Assembly: GCA_965215425.1 (NCBI GenBank)
Contig: OZ244064.1
Location: forward strand, 1,244,095-1,308,094
Source: Dehalococcoidia bacterium
GTDB lineage: Bacteria; Chloroflexota; Dehalococcoidia; Lucifugimonadales; UBA3495
Direction of reading: 5' to 3'
Length of the DNA: 64,000 nucleotides
This document shows positions 37,904-46,241 of this stretch, in pieces (within the stretch, counting starts at the first letter, position 1; each line of letters starts with the position of its first letter). The notes under the pieces are model-generated. The model saw only the letters and a program-made list of their open reading frames with translations. It was not told where the DNA came from and ran no database searches. The translations under genes were made by a program, and so were the position numbers.

Positions 37904-39415
37904 TCACCGGCCGTCCCGCCCTCCCGTCAGCAAAGCCGGCGCCAGCGCCAGCAAGGCGATTACCCCGGCAGCGCGGAAGAAGCGGTGGAACAGGCTCAGG
38001 CCGGCCCGGGTTACGGCGTCCTGATAGGCAACCAGCCGGGCCGCCGCCTCCGCCGCCGGTTCCCCGGGGGTTGGCAGGGGCAGGCTTAAACCGGCGGTCA
38101 GGGCCTGGAAGTGCTCGATGCCCCAGGCCGCCAGGGCCGCCAGACCCAGGGTCATCCCCAGCAGCCGCGACACCACCACCAACGCCGCCGCCGTCCCCCG
38201 GTAATCCTCGCTTACCGTGCGCAACGCCTGGGCCATTATCGGCGCAATGACCAGACCAAATCCCAGACCGGTTATTGCCAGGTGCAGCGTCAACGCCGGC
38301 TCCGCCACCTCCAGCCCCCAGCCGCCGACTAGGAACAAGCCCACCGCCGTCAGAACCAATCCGGCGGCAATCACCGACCGGCCTCCCCACCAATTGGGCC
38401 ACCACCGGGGCCACCACTTGGGCCACCAACCGGGCCAGGCCAGCAGTTGACCGCCGATAACCGCTCCCACCGGGATGGCGCCGGTCAGCCGCAGCAGCCA
38501 CAGGGCGCCGGTAAAGGGGTCTTTACCCATTACCGTGTTAGCCATCAAAGGCACAGTTACCAGGGTAATAATCAGCGAAACGCCTACCAGCAGTTGGGTC
38601 AGGTTGGCCGCCACGAAAGCTACCGACCGGAACAGCAACAGCGGCAACAGGGGCTGACCTACCCGCAATTCCAGCGCGCCCAGGCCCACCGCCAGGGCCA
38701 GCGCCAAGCCGCCCAGGAGGAAAGGCTGGGCCGAGGCCAGGGTGAACAGTCCGGGGCGGGACAGGGCCAGGGACAAGACCAGCAGCGTTGCCACCAGCAA
38801 AGCCCCGCCCAGGTAGTCCACCCGGGCCTCCCGGTTGCGGCGGTTGGGCAACCACAGCAGACCCGGCAGCAGCAGGGCGACCTGAGGCAGGTTCAGCCAG
38901 AAAAGCCACCGCCAGTCAGCCAACTCCACGATGACCCCGCCATAGGCCGGCCCCAGCATCGCACCGGCCTCGGCGGCGGCGCCGACGATGCCCAGCGCCA
39001 GGCCCCGGCGCTCCGGCGGCAACGCTCCGGCAGCCAGGGCAAACCCGACCGGCAGCGCCGCCGCGCCGCCGATGGCTTGAATGACCCGCGCCCCGATGAG
39101 CTCTTCCAGGCTGCCGGAAAGCGCCACCAGAATACTGCCCCCGGCGAATAGGCCCAACCCAATCATATAGACCCGCGGGCCGCCGTAAACGTCGGCCAGA
39201 CGGCCAATCAGCGGCATAAAGGCGGTGTAGCCCAGCAGATAGGCGGTAATAACCCAGGCTACCCGGTCCAACTCGGTTATCGGGATACGCAGGTCCAGCA
39301 TCATTGCCGGCAGGACGGTAACCACCACCGTCTGGTCCAGGGCGGTGAAAAAAGCGCCCAGACCGATGACGGCCAGGAGCAGCGGAACCCGGATTTCCCG
39401 GGGCTTGTCAACCAC
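37904..39415 (-). CDS. MFS transporter (14-TMS DHA2-like)
   Basis: 503 aa, polytopic. LDQTVVVTVLPAM and GRLADVYGGPRV motifs. Confidence 0.9.
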   Translation of the reverse strand: MVDKPREIRVPLLLAVIGLGAFFTALDQTVVVTVLPAMMLDLRIPITELDRVAWVITAYLLGYTAFMPLIGRLADVYGGPRVYMIGLGLFAGGSILVALSGSLEELIGARVIQAIGGAAALPVGFALAAGALPPERRGLALGIVGAAAEAGAMLGPAYGGVIVELADWRWLFWLNLPQVALLLPGLLWLPNRRNREARVDYLGGALLVATLLVLSLALSRPGLFTLASAQPFLLGGLALALAVGLGALELRVGQPLLPLLLFRSVAFVAANLTQLLVGVSLIITLVTVPLMANTVMGKDPFTGALWLLRLTGAIPVGAVIGGQLLAWPGWWPKWWPRWWPNWWGGRSVIAAGLVLTAVGLFLVGGWGLEVAEPALTLHLAITGLGFGLVIAPIMAQALRTVSEDYRGTAAALVVVSRLLGMTLGLAALAAWGIEHFQALTAGLSLPLPTPGEPAAEAAARLVAYQDAVTRAGLSLFHRFFRAAGVIALLALAPALLTGGRDGR

Positions 39416-39474
39416 GAATACCCCGAATCGGCGCGGAAAGTTTTCTCAACCTTTAGTTGTTTACTATTAGCTCT

Positions 39475-40467
39475 TTAGTTGCCAATTTCCGGCGCGGTTA
39501 TCTCCGCCGGGGGATCCAGGGCCTCCAAAGTCAGGGTGCGTCCGGCCGCCGCCGCGTCGCCGGGCGACAGCGGGCCAGCCAGCAGCGCCCGGGGCAGCCG
39601 GATTTCCGCCCGGTCGGCCCAGATTTCTACCGCCACGTCCGGCCCCGCCGTATCCGCCGTATCCGTCAGGACCGCCGGGACCAGTTGACCCAAAGTCGCC
39701 GCCGGCAGCGTCCCCCGTATGCGGTAGGCAGTGTAGCCTTCTAACGCCAACCGCTCCTCGCCGGCCAATTCCGGGGACTGTACCCCGGAAATAAGTCCGG
39801 CAAAGGTTTCGGCCGCATTATCCAGCCGGAAGGGAACCGCCTCCCGTTCCGTCCGTTCCCATTGGCCGCTGAACAGGTTGGTTATAAAGGCCCTCTCTTC
39901 CACCGCTATCACGCTGACTTGCAGGAAGGAGCCGGATGTCTCCAGGTCCAGCGTGATGTGGAAGTTTCCGGGGACAGCGGCGGGGGCGGCGACCGCGGTA
40001 TCACCCCCCGCAGTATCAACCCCCGCAGCAACAGGCCCCGCAGCAACGGGACGGTTGAAGACCCCCTCGGCCCGGGTCAGGAGCAGGCCGGGACCTATCC
40101 GGGCGCCGCCGGATTGGTGTTCCAGGACAAAGGCCAATGACTCCGTCGCCGCCACCCGCGCCGCCGCCCGGGACAGGATGGCCTGTGGGTCCGGCGGCGG
40201 AGTAGGAGTAGGGGTGGGGACAGGGGTGGGAGAGGGCCCGGGCAGCGGCAGCGGCGTCGAAGCCGGAGCCGGCCCCTCCCCGCAGGCCAATGCCACCTGG
40301 AAAAGCAGCAGCAACGGCGCCGCCGCCAGTAACCGCCAGGGTTTCGGTCCTTTCACCGGCAACCTCAATCCGGTCCCGGATCCGGGACGGCACCCGGGAA
40401 GGTATCCGGGATACCGATAACCGGGAGCCGGCGACCCGGCCTTTCCCTCCGGCGCGCCGGCCGGCAT
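39475..40467 (-). CDS. LppX/LprAFG-like lipoprotein
   Basis: Signal with lipobox (LLLFQVALAC), a Pro-rich linker, then a domain of about 230 aa resembling DUF1396. Sits directly upstream of the MFS gene, as in mycobacterial lprG-Rv1410c. The true start is probably internal (GTG before KGPKPWRLL). Confidence 0.6.
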   Translation of the reverse strand: MPAGAPEGKAGSPAPGYRYPGYLPGCRPGSGTGLRLPVKGPKPWRLLAAAPLLLLFQVALACGEGPAPASTPLPLPGPSPTPVPTPTPTPPPDPQAILSRAAARVAATESLAFVLEHQSGGARIGPGLLLTRAEGVFNRPVAAGPVAAGVDTAGGDTAVAAPAAVPGNFHITLDLETSGSFLQVSVIAVEERAFITNLFSGQWERTEREAVPFRLDNAAETFAGLISGVQSPELAGEERLALEGYTAYRIRGTLPAATLGQLVPAVLTDTADTAGPDVAVEIWADRAEIRLPRALLAGPLSPGDAAAAGRTLTLEALDPPAEITAPEIGN

Positions 40468-40476
40468 TCCCCGCCT

Positions 40477-42270
40477 CTAGTTCCAGGACCAGAAGGCTAC
40501 GCTGCCCGCGGCTAGCTCCGTCGGGGGAGCATTCCCCACCGCATCCAGCACGTACACCCGCGCCCCGGTGGGAGTATGGCCGTTGCGCCGCTCCGCCACC
40601 GGGCCGGGCGACCCGGCCACCACCAGCCGGGAGCTGTCCGGCGACCAGGGAGAATGGGAGTAGGCGTACTGGTCAAAGAAGCTGAGCATCGTAAAAACCT
40701 CGCCGCTGGGCCGGAACCGGAACAGTTCCCGCGCCGCCGCGCCGTTGTCCGGTTCGCCGGCCGAACCGCCTTCCGCCGGCGCGGCGGAGGCGGCCAGGTC
40801 GGCGACCTTCCACTCAAACACCTGCTCTTCCGCATCCACGGATACCCAGGCCAGGCGTTCCCCGCTGGGCGCCCAGTAAAAGGCCAGCAGCGGCTCCTCT
40901 ACCAGGGTACGGACCAAGGTACGAATCGGGGTACGGACGCCGGCGGCAACGGTCACCAACCGAATGCGTTGAAAGACGCTTCCCCGAACGCCCTGACGGT
41001 CGGCCACCGCCAGCGTGCTTCCGTCCGGCGACCAGATGAAGGCGGAAAAGGGCCCTACTTCCAGTATTTGCCGGGGCGTCGCCGGGGCGTCCGCTTCCCC
41101 CACGTAGAGCGTGCTGCCGGCGGCGCCGGATACCGGGTCGGATACCGGGTCAGACACCGTGTAGGCCCAGCGCCGTCCATCCGGGGACAGGGCCGGCGTC
41201 CGAAAGCTCGCCGTATCCACCAACCGCCAGGCCCGGTCGGGCCGGAAGGGTTTGCGCAGCAGCTTGACCGCCTCCCGGGAATGGACCATCAGGGAGTCGC
41301 CGTCGCCGCCCCAACTGTAGTAGAGGGGCGCCCCCCGCTCCAACGCCACCGCGCCTCCGGTGGTATTCGGGTTCACCGCAAACAGGGTTAACCCCTGCCG
41401 GGTGGTAGCCAGAAAGGACAGGTATTCACCATCGGGAGACCAGTAGAGATAGTGGGGGGCGCCGTCGGCAATCAACGCCGGAACGTCGTTCTCATATACC
41501 ATCCGGCCCCGGCCGGTGGCGGCGTCCAGCACCTGGACCGACACCTGCAAAGCGCGGTTGTCGGCAATCCGCACCCGGGAAACGGCCAGCCGGGTTCCGT
41601 CGGGCGACCAGGTAGGCCAGGCATAGACGTTGTTAAAGTCCAGATCCTGAACCCGATAGACGCCGGACGGGTCCGCAGCCCCCGGCGGGCCGTCCGGCCG
41701 GGGTTGCGGCGATTGAGGTGATTGCGGCGATTGAACCTGGCTGCCGCCGGTCAGCCGCCGCTCCCCACTGCCGTCGGGCCGGACGGTGAACAAGTCGCCA
41801 TAGGGACTGATGTAGGCAATCCGGTCAACGCTCAAGCTGACTGCCTCCCCGGTGGTTGCGCCGGTTGTTGCGGTTGTTGAGTCGGTTCTTGCGCCGGGTC
41901 TCGCACCGGTTTTTGCGCCAATCGTTGCAGCTGTTGCAGCTATTGTCGCTTCAGGCTCCCCGGTTACCGCCCCGGTGGTCGACCCGCCGGTTCTTGCGCC
42001 GACCGTTGCAGCTATTGTCGACCCGGGTTCCGCTCCGGGTTCCGCTCCGGGTTCGGTATCCCGGCCCGCGCCGGTCGCCGCGCCGGGTTCCGCTGACCGG
42101 CCCGGCGGGCCGGCCAGTTCGGGCAAGGGGTAGGGCAAGTTGCCACAGCCGGCCAGGGCCGGAATCGTTCCCAGCATCATCCCCAGCAGGGCTGCAATCT
42201 GGAACCACGCGGCCGGCCGCGCCAGGTACCCGGTCAAATACCCGGTCAAAAACCGGACCAAACGCTTCAC
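40477..42270 (-). CDS. TolB-like PD40 beta-propeller lipoprotein with a low-complexity linker
   Basis: Only the 3' portion of listed ORF 40477..43959 is real. It has a signal with lipobox (TIPALAGC), a Gly/Thr/Ala/Pro-rich linker, then PD40 repeats (SPDG...LAV..., WSPDGEYLSF). The start (GTG 42270) is approximate. Confidence 0.7.
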   Translation of the reverse strand: MKRLVRFLTGYLTGYLARPAAWFQIAALLGMMLGTIPALAGCGNLPYPLPELAGPPGRSAEPGAATGAGRDTEPGAEPGAEPGSTIAATVGARTGGSTTGAVTGEPEATIAATAATIGAKTGARPGARTDSTTATTGATTGEAVSLSVDRIAYISPYGDLFTVRPDGSGERRLTGGSQVQSPQSPQSPQPRPDGPPGAADPSGVYRVQDLDFNNVYAWPTWSPDGTRLAVSRVRIADNRALQVSVQVLDAATGRGRMVYENDVPALIADGAPHYLYWSPDGEYLSFLATTRQGLTLFAVNPNTTGGAVALERGAPLYYSWGGDGDSLMVHSREAVKLLRKPFRPDRAWRLVDTASFRTPALSPDGRRWAYTVSDPVSDPVSGAAGSTLYVGEADAPATPRQILEVGPFSAFIWSPDGSTLAVADRQGVRGSVFQRIRLVTVAAGVRTPIRTLVRTLVEEPLLAFYWAPSGERLAWVSVDAEEQVFEWKVADLAASAAPAEGGSAGEPDNGAAARELFRFRPSGEVFTMLSFFDQYAYSHSPWSPDSSRLVVAGSPGPVAERRNGHTPTGARVYVLDAVGNAPPTELAAGSVAFWSWN

Positions 42271-42316
42271 GATAAGCGCCACTAACACCCCCGGTACCGG
42301 TTTCCCAAGAATACCA

Positions 42317-42466
42317 CCCCCACCTCCCCGTAGCAACGGCGGGCGGTTGGCCAGTTGTCCCTGAGCGTTCCCGCAGAGGCCCACCCCCCGTAACAACGGG
42401 GCGAGGGCTCCGAGATGCCGAGTCGGAGGGTCTGCCAGCGCCCACCCCCCGTAACAACGGGGAGAG
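42317..42466. repeat. three hairpin-containing boxes at a 60-61-bp period between the divergent TolB-like gene and dnaA
   Basis: CACCTCCCCGTAGCAACGGCGG at 42321; CCCACCCCCCGTAACAACGGGG at 42380 and 42441. Each contains CCCCGT-aaca-ACGGGG. Confidence 0.7.
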
Positions 42467-42615
42467 GTTACCGGGCGGGGCGATCGGGCCGCAAACCCCC
42501 GAATATCGGCGTCCTTCCCGCCTTGCGGTTTTGGGTGGCCGGCCGCTAATCTGGTCAAACGGCCGCACGATACTATTTGCCGGGCGAGAAGCCTGCCGGG
42601 CTCTCCGATTGCGCT

Positions 42616-44004
42616 ATGACCAGCGAAAATACCTCGGCCAGGGAAACCTGGAACGCCACCCTGGGTCAACTGGAACTGGAGTTGCCCCGCGCCACTTTCG
42701 ATACCTGGCTGAAGCAGACCCGGGGCATCGGGTTCAACGGCGCCGACTTGTTGGTGGAGGTGCCCAACGCCTTTACTATTGCCTGGCTGGAACAACGGAT
42801 GTATCAGACCATCCGGCGTTCCCTGCGCCAGGCTTCCGACCAACCGCTGGACGTGCGGTTCCAGGTATCGCCGGAAGTCGCTGGGCCGGCGCCCCAGGCC
42901 CCTTCCCCGGAAGGCGTCGCCGCCCGGAACCGGGGAACGCCGGGGGGAACGATGGAAGGGCCGGCCGGCCCGCCGCCCGCCGCCGCCGGCTTCAGCTTCG
43001 ATGACAAGTATTCCTTCAACAGCTTTGTCGTCGGCAACTCCAACCGGATGGCCTTCAGCGCCGCCCAGGCGGTGGCCGACGCCCCCGGCCAGGCCTACAA
43101 CCCCCTGTTCCTCTACTCCGGCGTGGGGCTGGGCAAGACCCACCTGCTGCACGCCATCGGGCAGGAGACCGCCCGCCGGGGCCAGAGCGTCCTCTATGTC
43201 TCCTCCGAGCAGTTCACCAACGACTTCATTTCCGCCATCCGCAACCGCACGACCGAGGAGTTCCGGCAACGCTACCGGAGCGCCCAGGTGCTCCTGATTG
43301 ACGACGTGCAGTTTATGAGCGGGAAGGAGCAGACGCAGGAAGGGTTTTTCCACACCTTCAACGACCTCCATACCGCCGGCTACCAGATCGTGCTGACCTC
43401 CGACCGGCCGCCCAAATCCCTGGCCCTGCTGGAAGACCGGCTCCGCTCCCGCTTTGAATGGGGGCTGATTGCCGACATCCAGCCGCCCGACCTGGAAACC
43501 CGCATGGCAATCCTGTCCGCCAAGGCCGACCAGCTGAAGACCGCGCTGGAAGAAAGCGTGCTGGAGCTCATCGCCAAGCGGGTGCAGAAGAACGTCCGGG
43601 AACTGGAGGGCAGCCTGAACCGGGTGGTAGCCTACTCCCAGTTGATGAACACGCCGGTAACCCTGGAATCGACTTCCCGGCTGCTGGACGACCTGACGCT
43701 GGACACGGCCCGCCACGCCATCGACCCGGAGCGCATCCTGGAGCAGGTTTCCCGCCACTACCGGGTTGCCACCGCCGACCTGCTGGGCCGCCGCCGCAGC
43801 AAGATCATCGCCCTCGCCCGCCAGGTAGCCATGTACCTGCTGATCTACGAGCTGGAACTTTCCCCCACCGACGTCGGCCGGCTGCTGGGCAACCGGGACC
43901 ACTCCACCGTCATTCACGGCGCCGGCAAGATAAACGGGGAAATCAACGAGGATTACCAACTCCGCCAGGATGTGCTGAACATCAAAGAGGCGATATTTAC
44001 CTAG
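42616..44004 (+). CDS. dnaA: chromosomal replication initiator protein DnaA
   Basis: GVGLGKTHLLHAIG (Walker A), LLIDDVQF, a sensor region and the C-terminal DNA-binding domain (RQVAMYLL...DHSTVIHG). Start trimmed to ATG 42616. Confidence 0.95.
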   Translation: MTSENTSARETWNATLGQLELELPRATFDTWLKQTRGIGFNGADLLVEVPNAFTIAWLEQRMYQTIRRSLRQASDQPLDVRFQVSPEVAGPAPQAPSPEGVAARNRGTPGGTMEGPAGPPPAAAGFSFDDKYSFNSFVVGNSNRMAFSAAQAVADAPGQAYNPLFLYSGVGLGKTHLLHAIGQETARRGQSVLYVSSEQFTNDFISAIRNRTTEEFRQRYRSAQVLLIDDVQFMSGKEQTQEGFFHTFNDLHTAGYQIVLTSDRPPKSLALLEDRLRSRFEWGLIADIQPPDLETRMAILSAKADQLKTALEESVLELIAKRVQKNVRELEGSLNRVVAYSQLMNTPVTLESTSRLLDDLTLDTARHAIDPERILEQVSRHYRVATADLLGRRRSKIIALARQVAMYLLIYELELSPTDVGRLLGNRDHSTVIHGAGKINGEINEDYQLRQDVLNIKEAIFT

Positions 44005-44013
44005 GGGGTGTCT

Positions 44014-44382
44014 TCAAAGTAATTTAGTCCAAATGACCATCGCCCGAATCTGGCAGATGGCCAAGTAGGAAAGGGAGTTCTTGGCATACCGGGTTGCCAC
44101 CCCCCGCCACTGCTTGAAGTCCAGGAAGCCGTTTTCCACCAGGTGGCGCAGCTTGTACCGCGCCCGGTCATACTCCCGCTTTTCCCGGCGATTGCTCTTG
44201 GGCGGTATTACCGGGTTCATGCCCAACTCCGAGGCCGCAGCTATGATTTCATTGGTGTCGTAGGCTTTGTCAGCCAGCAGACACTCCGCTTCGATGCCTT
44301 CAATCAGGGGCAAGGCTTGGGTGCAGTCCGCTGCCGTGCCTCCGGTCACCATTACCCTTACCGGCATTCCGTGGGCATCCAC
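44014..44382 (-). CDS. IS5-family transposase, C-terminal DDE frame (orfB), joined to orfA by a -1 frameshift
   Basis: Re-reading one nt at AAAAGGGGG (plus-strand 44407-44415) gives ...RTKGGLNTKLHLAVDAHGMPVRVMVTGG...ADKAYD...RHLVENGF. This is a continuous DDE transposase. Confidence 0.8.
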   Translation of the reverse strand: MDAHGMPVRVMVTGGTAADCTQALPLIEGIEAECLLADKAYDTNEIIAAASELGMNPVIPPKSNRREKREYDRARYKLRHLVENGFLDFKQWRGVATRYAKNSLSYLAICQIRAMVIWTKLL

Positions 44383-44402
44383 CGCCAGATGCAGTTTGGT
44401 GT

Positions 44403-44792
44403 TCAGCCCCCTTTTGTGCGGGCGATGGCCTGGCTTCCGCCCTGGGCCCCGGCGCTGTGGGGATGGGCCTTGATGTAACTGGCGTCAATCATCAACCATT
44501 CAAAATCAGGATCGTCGACCAGGGCATCCAGCAGCATGTCCCATACCCCTCTGTCCCGCCAGCGGCAGAAGCGGCGGTGGGTGTTCTTCCAATCCCCATA
44601 GTCCGGGGGCAGGTCCCGCCAGGGGGCGCCGGTGCGCAAAATCCAGAACACGGCGTTGAGAAAGAGACGATTATCGCAGGCGGGCCGGCCCGTCTTGCCC
44701 TTGCCGCCTGGGAGAAGGGGGTCCAGGACTTCCCATACCCGGTCTGAAATATCGTGACGCCGGTGCGCCGGCACTGCCATTGCTGCTGACAT
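44403..44792 (-). CDS. IS5-family transposase, N-terminal frame (orfA)
   Basis: RLFLNAVFWILRTGAPWRDLP...RFCRWRDRGVW. Ends at ...ARTKGG-TGA, just after the A-AAA-GGG-GG run. Confidence 0.85.
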   Translation of the reverse strand: MSAAMAVPAHRRHDISDRVWEVLDPLLPGGKGKTGRPACDNRLFLNAVFWILRTGAPWRDLPPDYGDWKNTHRRFCRWRDRGVWDMLLDALVDDPDFEWLMIDASYIKAHPHSAGAQGGSQAIARTKGG

Positions 44793-45006
44793 AGCCCAAT
44801 CCTGCTACACTGGTTGCAATGTCAGCTTATCATCACACCCTTACTTTGACGACACCCCCTAGGTAAAGTCGTCAAAACAGGTGATTGCAAGGGCAGCGCT
44901 GCTCTGGAGCAAACCCTTTTGACCACCCGGTAACCACTCTGACTGGCCAAACCGTCAACGCCCGGGGGCGATATTCCGGGCGGCCGGAACAGATTAACGG
45001 AATAGA

Positions 45007-46104
45007 TTAACGACTCGGCGGCTGATAGCCGTCGGTAAGCAGCCTCCGGCAGAATACGGCCGTATCCACCAGATCGGGAATAACCACGTATTCATCTACC
45101 GTGTGCATCTCATTGGTTGCCATCCCCACCACTACGCTCTGGATACCCTGCCGCCGCATTACGTTGCCGTCGGTGCCGCCGCCGGAGGGTCGGATATTGG
45201 GTATCAGGGCCATCTCCTCCATTATACGGCGGGTCATACGGACTACTGACTCCTCCGGGTCCAGGTTATACATCTGGAAAAGGACTTCCATTTCTTCATC
45301 GATCGTCGCTTCCCGGTAGCGCCGCCGGGCTTCCTCCAGGGTGGCCTGAAGCTGAACTTTAAGCAGGGCAAAGGTCTCGGTGTTGCGGCTGCGGAACTCG
45401 CCCCCAAAGACCGCCTCTGCCGGAACGGCGTTGCGCACTGTACCGCCGTTGATCAGCCCCACGTTAAAGGTGCTCTCTGCATCCAGGCGACCCTGGGGCA
45501 GTTCGCCGATTATCTCCGATGCGATTCGGATGGCCGACAGGCCTTTCTCCGGCTCCACCCCGGCATGGGCGCCCCGTCCCTTGACCGTCACGTCAAAGCT
45601 CATATAGCTGGGACTGGAGCCGGTTATCGTATTCACCGGGCCGTTGCCGTCGAAAACCACCGCCTCCAAAGCCCGAATCCTGGAATAGTCCAGATTTGTT
45701 GCGCCCACCAGGCCGATTTCCTCGCCCCGGGTAAAAACCACCTGGACCGGGCGATGGGCGGCGCCATCCTCGACCACCGACTCCAGGCCCTCCATAATGG
45801 CCGCAATGCCGGCCTTGCAGTCTCCTCCCAGGATGGTGGCGCCATCGGAAACAATCCGGTCGCCCTGGATCGAGGGAGTGATTCCCCGGCCCGGTTCCAC
45901 CGTGTCCATATGCGCCGACAACAGTAGGGGCCGTTCTCCCGGCTCCGAGGCAATCACATTGCCGTGGGCGTCCCGTTCCACCTGAAAACCCAGCCGGCGC
46001 AGCCGCCCGGTCAGGTGTTGGGCAACTTCCTCTTCCTCGTCCGAGGGACTGTCTATTCGCACCAGGTCAAGGAAAGAATTTACCAACCGCTCTTGACTTA
46101 TCAT
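45007..46104 (-). CDS. M20-family metallopeptidase (PepT/ArgE/DapE-like)
   Basis: 365 aa. PSDEEEEVAQHL..., LLLSAHMDTV, DCKAGIAA, EEIGLVGA. Confidence 0.85.
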   Translation of the reverse strand: MISQERLVNSFLDLVRIDSPSDEEEEVAQHLTGRLRRLGFQVERDAHGNVIASEPGERPLLLSAHMDTVEPGRGITPSIQGDRIVSDGATILGGDCKAGIAAIMEGLESVVEDGAAHRPVQVVFTRGEEIGLVGATNLDYSRIRALEAVVFDGNGPVNTITGSSPSYMSFDVTVKGRGAHAGVEPEKGLSAIRIASEIIGELPQGRLDAESTFNVGLINGGTVRNAVPAEAVFGGEFRSRNTETFALLKVQLQATLEEARRRYREATIDEEMEVLFQMYNLDPEESVVRMTRRIMEEMALIPNIRPSGGGTDGNVMRRQGIQSVVVGMATNEMHTVDEYVVIPDLVDTAVFCRRLLTDGYQPPSR

Positions 46105-46241
46105 CGCTACTACCCTCTCGATTATTAACTTTGCCGGCCGCCCCCGTCGGTCATCCCCTGAAGGCGGGCAGCTATCGCGAGAATCTTATCGCGGAACCCG
46201 TCATTATACATCATCCATCCCCGGGTAGCTCCCCGCCAGTT

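Larger units (their letters stand above)
44005..44858 (-). mobile_element. IS5-family insertion sequence (IS427-group-like), about 854 bp
   Basis: Terminal inverted repeats GGGGTGTCTTCAAAGTAA (44005-) and the complement of TTACTTTGACGACACCCC (-44858). Flanked by CTAG at 44001-44004 and 44859-44862. Carries a two-frame transposase. Confidence 0.85.

Noticed and set aside
42317-42466. Possibility that the other 60-61-bp periodic boxes (here and at 11349, 16764, 29050, 32517, 35217) are CRISPR arrays
   Set aside because: The boxes are only 12-22 bp, differ completely between loci, have 2-3 copies, and several sit in promoter or 5'UTR positions. Only the 28764 locus has CRISPR-like repeat and spacer lengths.
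42271-42615. Expected oriC / DnaA boxes immediately upstream of dnaA
   Set aside because: I found no TTATCCACA-like 9-mers on either strand here. The box cluster is at 47454-47681 instead.
42271-43959. 5' two thirds of the 1160-aa minus-strand ORF 40477..43959
   Set aside because: This part is antisense to dnaA (with a clear Walker A and DNA-binding domain on the + strand) and crosses the intergenic repeat region. Only the 3' portion (40477-42270), with a lipoprotein signal and PD40 repeats, looks real.
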